Below, one piece after another: positions 25,756 to 36,900 of a stretch of DNA of 64,000 nt; the first letter of the stretch is position 1; each line of letters begins with the position of its first letter. The stretch comes from Selaginella moellendorffii (Eukaryota; Plantae; Lycopodiophyta), in the NCBI RefSeq assembly GCF_000143415.4, contig NW_003314379.1, positions 248,001 to 312,000 of the forward strand. The letters are read 5' to 3'. A program made the position numbers and the translations under genes. The notes under the pieces were generated by a model. The model was not told the DNA's origin. It saw nothing but the letters and a program-made list of their open reading frames with translations, and searched no databases.

Positions 25756-27460
25756 TCACATTACATTAAAGGGTGGCTTAAATATCCCATATTCAGCACT
25801 TACTGATGAAGTAGTGTCGCGCATGTGACTTCGGGTATCGAAAGTTACCTGTCGACCAGTCCTTACGGACACTCTTACCTTACTGCCACGATGGCAGGAG
25901 GTCGGTATTGCTGGGCCCGTTATTAGTCTCCGCCTAAGCTAGTTGAGAAACTGGTCTTCACGTGTGCACTTGACCAGATGGGCATAAGGACGGAATTCCT
26001 ACGTGCTATTTGTCAAGCATACTTGACTTGGTTAGAGAAACTCATTCGTTGACTTGCACTTGCTAGTGTTGGGAACCCCCATGATATTGAGACTAGTCCC
26101 TCAATATTCGCTAAATGATAGCTTACCGTGTCTGCCAAACACCCTCGCTATCATACCCTTTGTGTTGGTCTCATTTCGATCCCAAATGCTATTTATGGAA
26201 AGTGTCTAGATTAGCTCATTTGACATATCTACAGAATGTAGAGATCGACCTGAACACAATGGTGTTCGTCCTGTGTCCAAATTCGCAATCTAAGGACATT
26301 CCATATTTAGTAAGTTTCGGACTTGTCCCAGAGACTAACTCCTGGTACTAAGGGAGGCTTGGGGTGAAAGCCCAAAGCGTGTGTCCCTCAAGGGGGGGGG
26401 GGGGCGCTGTGGGGGGTTCCAAATGTATAGTAGGGATAGTGTGTAGGTCGGGCATGGCCGACCAACCTGAGGCATAGTCTAGCTCCCGCTTGCGTGCCTG
26501 TCCTTGTTCTGCGTCCGGCTTGGGTCTAAGCCTAAGTTCCATTCCATGCTAGTTGGTGGAGTACCCATGTCCTCACGTTAGGCCACCAGTATGCCGAAAT
26601 AGCGCCAGACTCTGTTTGGCTCCGTTTTGTGTGCTGGTCCTGGCTTTGGGATGCTAGTTGCTCCAGGACTGTTCCAAGTCGCGCCGGGCTCCTGTCCCTT
26701 CGCTCCTTGGGCTTTATGCTCGGGAGTTGTTCCGTGGTTCGGTTCCATCACTCCTTGGCTTCGTGCTTGGGAGTTTGGCACCGTTCCTTCGTTCAGTGGC
26801 CCAACGCCCTGAACTTCGGGTTCCTATGGACACGTGGCATGGACACGTGGCATGTGACACGTGGCATCTGTCACATGGCACAAAGAGGGTTTAGGTTCCG
26901 CTTCATGGTGTTATCCTATGGTAAATCACCATAGGATAAAGGGTTAAACCACGTGCGCTACAATTCACCAATGAAATATTATTCTCCACCATAAAATCAT
27001 AATAGCTATGTGTTTTTAATTCTTTCTTGATTTTTTTATACATCCACGCATGCACACCTTCCAAACCCGCTCTTGGGCATTTGTGACAATGCTCAATAAA
27101 ATTTACCAAACCCATGCAACCATCTGTCTTGTTTAAATAAAAGTTGCATATAGGACACTGAAGATAATATGTATCTACATTAAACTCCCCTGCCATATTT
27201 GGAGCAAGATCTTGAAGAAAATATTGACATCGCTCTTGAAGCATTAGAGGCAATCTAACTCTTTTAATAACATCATAAGGAAGGAGTTCTTGTTCAGTTG
27301 CATTTGAAGTCGCAAATGGAAGAGTCTCACAACAACCCTCAAAATGAAAAGGAGGATTATTGCGTAGAAGTAAAGGTGGATTATTAGTTGAGATTGGAGA
27401 TGGAGGTGGAAACTCATATGAGAGGCCTCCGGGACCAAAAGTAAACTTCTCCTTAACCAT
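25756..27460 (-). pseudogene. Small Cys/His (Zn-finger-like) protein, copy 2, split by a solo LTR
   Basis: CPICNFYLNKTDGCMGLVNFIEHCHKC..VHAWMYKKIKKEL. The C-terminus SAEYGIFKPPF (cf. copy 1 SAEYGIFRPSY) lies at 25756-25814, beyond the insertion. Confidence 0.65.
25815..26962. mobile_element. Solo-LTR-like element nested in the MULE cargo gene
   Basis: TGTCGCGCATGTG...CACGTGCGCTACA termini (11/13 inverted match). Homologous to 6954-8050 and cleanly interrupts an ORF. No TSD visible. Confidence 0.75.
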
Positions 27461-28989
27461 TGCAACACACAAGAAGAATTAAATTTCTCAACAATAAGAA
27501 TTCTCTGATTAATATACTATATTTTAATCTTGGGAATGATGTTTTATTATGACATGACACTATATTGAATGATAATTGTCAGTTTTAGTAATTACAACCT
27601 ACTATGAGAGACAAGTGGCTATAGGGATTTAGAAGCTAGAAACTAGCATATAATTAATATGTAGCCTTATTTTATATAGCTGGCCTGCCATATATAATAA
27701 TGGCAAATACACACAGGCATGCGAGTATGCCTTTTTGCAAGATTACCTTTCAATCCCAAATTCATATATAGATTTAATTCTTTGATTTGTCCACATTATA
27801 TATCTTTGCAAAGACAAAACATATTAAAAGGAATAAGATATATATAAAAAACTTACTTTTTTTATAATATTTTAGTGGATTACAAAAGCCATTGAAAAGT
27901 TTATAAAGTGGATTTATTAGTGCTTTCCGCTGTGCTGTCCATTTCTTCTTTTTTCTTGCTCTGCATTTTTATCAATAGTGACAGTGGTTTTGATATTCCC
28001 GGACAGGTAATAAGGACCAAGTGTGTAATATGGAGATTGTGGTAGTGAAACAAAATTAACATTCTCACATTTCTGTATGCTAAAATTACTTACAGATTTT
28101 TTATCTTTGTTACTTCCCATCTTTGTAAACTCTAAAGAATGAACGAGTGAATCAGTGTTTCGAATTATTTATATATTTCTGGTCAATTGTTGAAATGTTA
28201 AAATGTTGAAGTGTACAATAGAAATTTTAGGTTCATTCAAACTTCAATATTCCCATTTTATTTAGGACCAATAAAGCCCAAAAATTTCTATGGGTTCAAA
28301 CGAACTTCTAATTCTAGAAATTGTATAAATTGCATTAAAAAAATTCAAAAAATAGAAATCTCTTTGAACCATTGATACTTAAATTCATAAATTTCAAGTT
28401 CACCAAAGGATACAATTTTTCTAACTTAATATTTCCTTATAAAATTTATGGTTGACTATGTTGACTAGCATTGACTTGAGTTGAATTGAGCTCAACTCAT
28501 GAACTCAACTCAACTTTGGACCATCCCCAAGCTGATGTATTTCTAAATCCCAGCATGCTGCAAGGCGTAAAATAATCCTAATAGAAGACATCTTGGCCAC
28601 AGGAGAGAATGTCTTGATGGCACGTCACAAAGTGGCATCCAATTTCACTTGAAAATCCACTTTGTGCTGGCAATCTTCCTGCCTGGTGGGAGATGAACAA
28701 GCTCCCAGACTTCATTGCATTGCAAAGAATTATACTCGTTCTGCATGGCCGCTTTCCATTTTTCTGCTTCTGGTGACTGGAGAGCTGCACGAACTGTGCA
28801 TGGTTCAGGAGTGAGCTGCTCAGCAATTTGAGGCCGGAATCTGAGGCCATCATCAAATGGTGTAACCGCTTCTTCTGCATGACTGGACTTGGTAGTGCCT
28901 CTGCTGCAACCTGCTGCTGCGGCTGAACTCGCGGCTGCTGCTGACTGTGCGCTTGCGGCTGCTGCCCGGATACCCTAGAAACGTCCTCC

Positions 28990-29330
28990 TCGTCATAAAG
29001 TGTTGCGTGTACTTTGCAAGCCGGGAGGAACGAAGCCCAGGAGATGGGAAGAATGTGAGCTCCTCGGCGTCCTAGAACATCCACAATGCTGCTGTAGTAG
29101 TCGATCCTTGACGGGTCTCACGCTATGATCTGGACGCAAACACTCGATAGAATCGCTCACTCGGCCTCCGTCCGCGCAAGTGCTTAGCACCGCCACGAAC
29201 GATGCCTCGTTGGGTGTGTGGCCCTCGAGGAGCATCTCTAGCATCGCATCGATGCTCTCGGCGCCGCATATCGCGTTCATTGCCAGTAGCGCCAAGAAAG
29301 CAGGATGATTCTTCCTCCTCCTCCGCTGCA
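28990..29330 (-). pseudogene. PLS-class PPR fragment
   Basis: MLLEGHTPNEASFVAVLSTCADGGRV..DHSVRP..IVDVLGRRG; frameshifted. Confidence 0.65.
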
Positions 29331-29960
29331 CTCCACAGCACGGCAGGATTCATGTGCCAGGCTCTCGGCAGTAAGCTCTATCGGATGGGGCGGCAAGAAA
29401 TCAGTGAGCGTCTTCGATGCACACACGAACCGATGGAGCGCTGCGGCGCCAACGCTATGTCCTCGAGCGGCTATGGATCCAGGGTGTCCTCGACCGGTCG
29501 GCTCACGTCGTTCGTGACAACTTTGAGGTGGGTGGCAGCTTAGAGGGGAACGGATTGGACGGTGAGGTAGGACCGATGGTATCCTCTCCCGCCATCGCCA
29601 GTGATGGAGACCATGGTCTTCCGCAACGCCCTCGTCGTGGATCGTAACAAGATGGTTGTGAGATGGTTCCAGAACGACGCTTGTTTTCTCAGCGAAAGAT
29701 CATTCCTGGGAAGTGGCGAACACGACTGGATTGCCCGGACGCTGCTGCTTTGTGCACTCCAACCGGATCTATCACAAGATTTTCTTCCGCACTCTGAGCT
29801 AACATTTGGGCAGTTTCAGAGGATTGCAAGGTTATGACAGTGATTCAAGTTCCCAGCGATGGCTGCTTGGAAGGTGGTGGAGGATTTCAAGCTCAGCATG
29901 CCTTTCAGGAACGATGCTCAGATCGAGGTTCTTCGAGCTTGATGTATATTATCTGGATCA
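29300..29960 (+). pseudogene. Kelch-repeat gene debris
   Basis: ALGSKLY..GG..VSVFDAHTNRWSAAAP. An inverted homolog lies at 55240-55860. Confidence 0.55.
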
Positions 29961-30479
29961 GCCACTACTCGACAAGGGCGTGTTAAAGCGTCAACAACAC
30001 AGCATCTTGACTCATAGTCGCGTTCTCCCTCCAGGAATGCAAGAGGGAACAGAGTTCTCTGTGTGTGGGGGGGGAGAGAGAGAGAGAGAGAGAGTAGAAT
30101 GCTGCTATACTGCTTCCTCGCCTTTCAAAAAATTTCCCCCCATTCATCTCTGGTGGGGTGCGACATCTTGTACGAAGCCAACGGCTTAGTTAAGGAATAA
30201 CTCTTGGTCCATGTCTTCCTGGTTCTTTCCTTTTGATGGATTGAATGTAGCATACCTTCATTTCTTTTGATAACAGCTTGACCACTACCCGATCAACATT
30301 ATTTAGTCACCTTGAACCAGTGAAATTGACGTGTTCTCCATTGTCTCAGTAAAATGACCAAGTCAGATCTGGAGTGCTCATAACTCCTATATAAACTCCA
30401 GCGACCTCCACACTTCTCCTCACTCCATTCTTCATCAATCAAGTAGCATCACAACAAAAAATCTGTGTGAAGATACAAC

Positions 30480-31133
30480 ATGTCTTACAAGTTAGCCATT
30501 TGTCTAGTTGCCATTTGTGCCATTGCTTTCGTCCATGGTTCAGATGAAGATGCCCTCCAGGATTTCTGTGTCCGCGACGGAAACAGCAACACCATCGTCA
30601 ATGGATTCACTTGCAAGCCTGCTGCGGCAACTCTGGCCAGTGATTTCATGTTCCAGGGACTCCGGAACCCCGGGAACACCAACAACAAGCTCGGATCCAT
30701 AGTCACCAATGCAAATGTTGGCGTATTCCCGGGAATCAACACTCTTGGAGTCTCTTTTGCGAGGATTGATTATGCTCCATACGGTGTCAATCCCCCTCAC
30801 GTCCACCCCCGAGGAACCGAGCTCCTCTTCCTCCAGCAAGGAACACTCTATGTTGGATTCGTGAGCACCACCAACAACACACTCTTCGCTCAAACTTTGC
30901 ATCCAGGAGATCTCTTTGTGTTTCCGCGTGGTCTCATTCACTTCCAGCTCAACGTTGGGAAGACACCGGCTGTTGCTCTTGCAGGATTCAACTCCCAGAA
31001 TCCTGGTGTCACTCAGGTAGCCAAAGCCGTGTTTGCATCCAATCCTCCCATTTATGACGCTGTCATCGAGAGGGCATTCCAGATCAATCCCAAGCTCATC
31101 CAGCAGCTCAGGGACCTCATCAAGCAAACTTAA
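30480..31133 (+). CDS. Germin-like protein (cupin), copy 1 (A-type promoter)
   Basis: Signal peptide, QDFCV, germin box 1 PPHVHPRGTE, box 2 GDLFVFPRGLIHFQLN; intronless; TATA at ~30388. Confidence 0.95.
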   Translation: MSYKLAICLVAICAIAFVHGSDEDALQDFCVRDGNSNTIVNGFTCKPAAATLASDFMFQGLRNPGNTNNKLGSIVTNANVGVFPGINTLGVSFARIDYAPYGVNPPHVHPRGTELLFLQQGTLYVGFVSTTNNTLFAQTLHPGDLFVFPRGLIHFQLNVGKTPAVALAGFNSQNPGVTQVAKAVFASNPPIYDAVIERAFQINPKLIQQLRDLIKQT

Positions 31134-32617
31134 TCAATTTTCTTTTGCAATGATTCTTCTGTAATTTTCAAGAATAAATAAAGAACTTTACCTTTCAACT
31201 GTTTTATTTTAAATATTTAAAATAACAATTAAATAATTTAAACCTGCTGCTGAAATACACTGTCTGCTGAAACGGGAAACTTAAATTTTAGGGCTCCTGT
31301 ACTGCTAGGGCTAGGGGCTCCATGACAATGCCGGGGGATCCCAGCGCCATGGCAGCGATCTTACCTCAGCCAGCAAAATCCCCAGGTGTAATATCACGAC
31401 ATTATATTAGCATTAAAGAATTTCTCACCTAAATTATTATTACTTTTTGTATTAGTTTTGAATATTTTAATTTGAGAATTGGTTTCTATGGTTCTTTCAT
31501 TTTTGGTATGGTTTGAGACCACGACCCGATCAAATTGAAACAATCCACACTATGGTTTTGATCAAGTCAGTGAAATTAACGTGTTATCCTTCTTTGTCCC
31601 CTTCAATTTTTATTCTTGACCAAGTCAGATCTAGAGTGCTTGAGAATGCCAGTCGAACTACTATATAAACTCAACCAAACTCCACATTTCTTCTCATTCC
31701 ATTCTTAGTCAATCAAGTAGCATTACAACAACATATCAAAAGCTTTGATCAATCAGCTGAACTCTTACTGCCATGATACAAGATGTCTTACAAGTTAGCC
31801 ATTTGTCTAGTTGCCATTTGGGCCATTGCTTTCGTCCATGGTTCAGATGAAGATGCCCTCCAGGATTTCTGTGTCCGCGACAGAGACAGCAACACTATCG
31901 TCAATGGATTCACTTGCAAGCCTGCTGCGGCAACTCTGGCCAGTGATTTCATGTTCCAGGGACTCCGGAACCCCGGGAACACCAACAACAAGCTCGGATC
32001 CATAGTCACCAATGCAAATGTTGGCGTATTCCCGGGAATCAACACTCTTGGAGTCTCTTTTGCGAGGATTGATTATGCTCCATACGGTGTCAATCCCCCT
32101 CACGTCCACCCCTGGAAACCCCCCTAACACATGCACGCCCAGGAGCAGCTCCACTCACGACTGAAAGCCAGGTTCAAACGGCTACTAGTTTATTTCTATT
32201 CTAGGCATATGCTGGCGGTTAGAACCGCCAACAGGAGAGTGGTTTTGAGAGACCCTAGCGTAGCTAGGGTTCCCCATCTCCTTTCCCATTCCATTGTACT
32301 TCAAGACTCCTGAATCGCATCCCCTATTTGCATTATCTTTGACTTGAGTCTCTCTCCCCGCCGATCCACCACTTCTTTCACCCCTCCTCAGCTGGCGACC
32401 TCTGGAGATCAGGCGCCAGTTCTTAGATCGAGTTCTAGCGGTAGCAGCATTCTCATCCATCTCACATTTTCCCAGTGAACATTTGGCGACCACGGTGGGA
32501 TGGATCGCTGAGAGAGATCAAGGAACGAGAACCCGGTAACCATTTGCATTTTTCGAAATTTTCTTGTTTGCAGAGATTCAAGAACTTCAAGAACCACTCT
32601 TTCTCTCCACATCGAGT

Positions 32618-33652
32618 ATGCCACCACCAACATGGGTACCCGGAACACGCCTTGCTGCAGCGACCACTAGAGGAAGAAAACTACACCAGCAAATTTTCGA
32701 AGAAATTAAAGATCTTTCAACGAGACCTCCTAGCGCTCTATCCGAACGAGGAGAAGAAGACCTTTGCGATCAACCCCAACATCAGCACCGAACTCTTCAC
32801 CGGCCAGCACCGAGGAACCGACAGCAAGCCCGAGCATCTCCTCCGAGATCTTCTCCGACCAGCAATCTGAGAGCCCAACTCCGAATTCGAGCAGAAGAAC
32901 ACCGGCTGCAAGCCAGAGAACTCGCCGGCAGAGCCTCCGAACTCTTCTCCGACAACAACTCTGCTTTACCGACCAGACAACAGAACAGCAAGAATTCCGG
33001 CAACAGATCTTCCCAACCAACGCTTCTTCCACACATCAGCCGCACGTTTTCCTACGACGAGCCTCCGACACTCTATCCCGGCATCGCCCAAGTCACCGAA
33101 GGAAAGCTCCCGAATGCACCAACAATCTTCCGACAGACTCTCCGACTGAGCGCCCAAACCAGCACCGAAGACATCATCCGACGACGACACGACGCTAATC
33201 TCCACGCTGCCAAGACTCTGTTCGACCACGCCATCGAGTACGCCGGCCTAGAGACCATTGACGACGAAATTGGGTCTGATCACCCCAACCAGTCCGACTA
33301 TCCGAAACTCTTCGTCGAGCTTCATCTCGGCACCGGCACCTGGAAGACCAGCCTGCACTCAGCACCTCGTCACGACAAATCGATTGGAAACTCCACCAAC
33401 AAGCCCAAGTCGAAGAAAGAAACGAAGAAGAAACTCCTGGAGTACGACTGCTACCCACTTCTGGACGAGTTTTCCTCTGAGTGCCCGAACACCAGCCCGG
33501 ACAACATCCAGACAACTTCTTCGACCGACCTGCATGACAGCTCTCCAATCACTGCTACACCGAATCAGTCAACTCCCCGACGAGCTCCAAGAAATCATCC
33601 GGCAGAAGACTTGCGACCTTCTTCCGGCAACACACTTTGTTCAATTGACTGA
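32618..33652 (+). CDS. Extra 5' ORF of the retrotransposon, function unknown
   Basis: About 344 open codons between the PBS and gag; no recognisable domain. Confidence 0.45.
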   Translation: MPPPTWVPGTRLAAATTRGRKLHQQIFEEIKDLSTRPPSALSERGEEDLCDQPQHQHRTLHRPAPRNRQQARASPPRSSPTSNLRAQLRIRAEEHRLQARELAGRASELFSDNNSALPTRQQNSKNSGNRSSQPTLLPHISRTFSYDEPPTLYPGIAQVTEGKLPNAPTIFRQTLRLSAQTSTEDIIRRRHDANLHAAKTLFDHAIEYAGLETIDDEIGSDHPNQSDYPKLFVELHLGTGTWKTSLHSAPRHDKSIGNSTNKPKSKKETKKKLLEYDCYPLLDEFSSECPNTSPDNIQTTSSTDLHDSSPITATPNQSTPRRAPRNHPAEDLRPSSGNTLCSID

Positions 33653-33906
33653 TGGCATCCTCCTACTAGCATAGTAACCCTTAGAAGATTCTACAATAGC
33701 TACTGCTGAAGACTAGCTTCGAAGCTGCAGGCCCGAAGATATTTCCGGAGCCTTGAGATTATCGTCGACACCGATTCGACATTCAGCCAGATACCCGACA
33801 ACATCACCGACAACCAAGTTAAGAGTTTGATGAAGACCTTCATCCCCGAGATACCAACATCCAAGATAATTTTAGTGTACAAGAACCCACGGCCGTAGAG
33901 AGCCGC

Positions 33907-36900
33907 ATGAACAAACCGAGGAAAGCAGCCAGCAAACAACAAGAAGACACCGAAAGACTTCAACGATACCTCCAGCGAGAGTTGAAGAGACTAGAGAAAG
34001 AGAGAAAAGAAAAAGCCACCCAGTGGTCCCACTTTGTACAAGTTTCTGAAAGAGAAAGGTACATTACTGATGAATTGTTTCCCAAAATTGCAGCCGGCGA
34101 AGATGCCGGAAGGATTTTAGAAGGCTACCAGAATTTTAGGACACCACCTGCTTCTCCGACTGCAGCACCGGAGAACCCGCCAGAAACCCAGCCAGAAGTT
34201 CAGCACACTCCTCAGCACAGCTTCCACAACCCACTCTTCCGAGGACAGACCGACCCAAGAACATATTTCTCCTGGACTGTACCGACAGCTTCACCAGCAG
34301 TCCTCGGCACACTGTTTTCGACACCAGTATCAGCTTCTACCTTGACCACACCGTTCGCCTCCGCACCGGAATTCTACAATTTCCAGCAACAACCAGACTC
34401 CCCAAAGCTCAACTCAGTCGAATACGGCCTCCAACCTATATACATTGTCAACCCAGACGATCGACCAGCACATCCCCAGCAATACGAGTTCGGCCAATCC
34501 TCCGAATACACACTCAACCAACTTTTTGACCAGGTGTTCAGCAGACCCCACCAACAACCAGAACCAGACATCGATCTTCAGCAACCAGACTTACAGGTAA
34601 TACTCCGACAATCCTCTCCGGAGACCTTGCTGCAGCCTGCCGAAGAACCTCTGCTACCATCAACATCAACACTGCCACCACAAAACACTCCACCAACTGC
34701 TCCGTCAAACGTCCCGCCAAACGCTCCACCGAACACTCTGCCACACAGTCTACCAGACATTCCCCCAGACATCATCACCATGACAATGGTACTCCCCAAC
34801 ACGGTCATCGGCAAGCTTGTCACCTACCCACAATTCAAAGGGAAGAAGACCGAAGATCCAGAAAAGCACGTTATTCGCTTCAAGGAGGCCGCCCGAGTCA
34901 ATGGCCAGCAAGACAACTTCGCATTCCTCTTTGGCTGCACCCTCAAAGGATGCGCCGGAGAATGGCTCCAGACGACCGACTCGAAACTCACCTTCGACGA
35001 GCTTACCAAAGCCTTCACCGACCACTTCAAGTCAGCACTCAGCCAATCAGAGAAGCTTCAGAAGATACAGAACATCAAGATGCGTACTGGTGAAACTCTT
35101 GAAGAATACACCGAACGCTTCACCAAACACGCCAACCGCTGCAAGAGCTCTTCTACTGACATACTTTTATACCAATGGTACATGCAGGGACTAGCTTCAC
35201 ACTTGAAGAAAGCTGCCACCAAAATCGACACCAGCGATTACAAGACTCTTTCCAAAGACTTGAAAGAAGTTCAAATCCGCCGACAAACTGCCCGAGTTGA
35301 TGAACCGGAAGACTTCGACTCCGAGGAAGATGAGGATGACCTCCTCGACAGCCTCACTGGCAAGTCAAAGGACAAAGTCGGCATCCGAAAGATCCAGAAG
35401 CTCCTCACCAAATTCACTGCATCCAGCGACAAATCCGATGTCCGAACCGGCGTCTGGTGCACAAAATGCAAGAATGAAGGACACTCAGCCACCGACTGCA
35501 AACTCCAGCTCGTTAAGTGTCAAATCTGCGGGAAAGACAACCATGACGCCAAGACATGCAGATTCCGTAGCCAACCTGAAGTCCGACAAATCTCCAACTT
35601 CCCCCGGAGACCTCCCCGACAGCCTGAGTATTCGACCCAATATCCGGCCGCACCTCCAAACAACTGGCGACCGCCCCGGAACAACTACCTGCCGCGACAA
35701 TGGAACGCACCACCGAGATTCAACAACAACTACAACAACCGACCCTACTACAATGACCGATACCAACAACCCGACAACCGGCCATACCAACAATACCGAC
35801 AAAACCAGATGGACTACAACAACAGCCAAGCCTATCCACGCTACCAGAATCAAGGGTATCAAGGCTACAACCGATATCAAGGCTATCAAGACCGGAGATA
35901 TCAAGGCAACTACAACAGCCGCCCATGGCAACCCCGAATCCCAGACCAGCCCGGCCCTCCAAGACTCGGACCGCCGCCGCCTAGACAGCCAGACCAACAG
36001 CAACAGCAACCACCGGCAACCAGACTCATCGAAGCCGACGAACTCCCATTTCCCGAAGAAGACCCAGAACCACAAGTTCTGGCAGTCCAGACTCGAGCAC
36101 AACTTCGAGCACAGCACCAACAACAACCGGATAAAGACTCAAACACCGAAGATGACACGAGCTCAGAGCGCTCGAAACAAACCCCGGAGTGGAAGAAACG
36201 CCGACAGCTAGCTGCCAAAGTACAAAAGCACCTTACTCAACAGCCACCCGAACTAGTCATCCTCGACTCCAAAGACGAAGAACAGCCCGAGTCAAGCACA
36301 CAGCAACCGAGAAACCAGCCGACAGCTTCACCGGCACAACTTTTGGCCAACTCGATTGGAGATACAACTGTCGCTGAATCCATCCTCACCCAGAACATCC
36401 AGATCACTGTTGGCCAACTTCTGAAGATCGCTCCATATCTCGTCAACCAACTGGTAAGTCTGACTAATCCTCTGGACACACCTCCAATGGACGCCCCAGC
36501 ACTGAATACCAGTAAGGACACTGTTGACGCCTTTCAAGCTGAGATACAACCCGGAGACTGCGACAATGAAGTTCCAACCATCGACCTCCGAATCGGCCAA
36601 CACCAAGTCCGAGGAGCCATGCTTGATGGCGGCTCTGGCGTCAACATCATCAAAGAGAGTCTTGTCCGACAAATCAACCTCGGTCCAGTTGAGCCAGCAC
36701 CGTTTAACGTCCGAATGGCCGACCACCGATCAGTCCGACCCCGAGGAATTATCCGGAATGTCATCACCAATATCAGAGGCATCAGAGTTCCAGTCAACTA
36801 TGTCATCCTCAAGCTTCCGAAGAACTCCGACGGCTATGCAGTCCTCCTCGGACGCCCGTGGCTCAAACACGCTCGAGCAATGCACAACTGGTCGACCAAC

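Larger units (their letters stand above)
15434..28516. mobile_element. 13.1-kb Mutator-like (MULE) DNA transposon with cargo genes
   Basis: TIR core GAGTTGAGCTCACGAGTTGAGCTCAATT (15454-15481) matches the reverse complement of 28484-28511 at 26/28. TGGACCAT is duplicated at 15426-15433 and 28517-28524 (9 bp with 1 mismatch). A MULE-type transposase lies inside. Confidence 0.8.
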
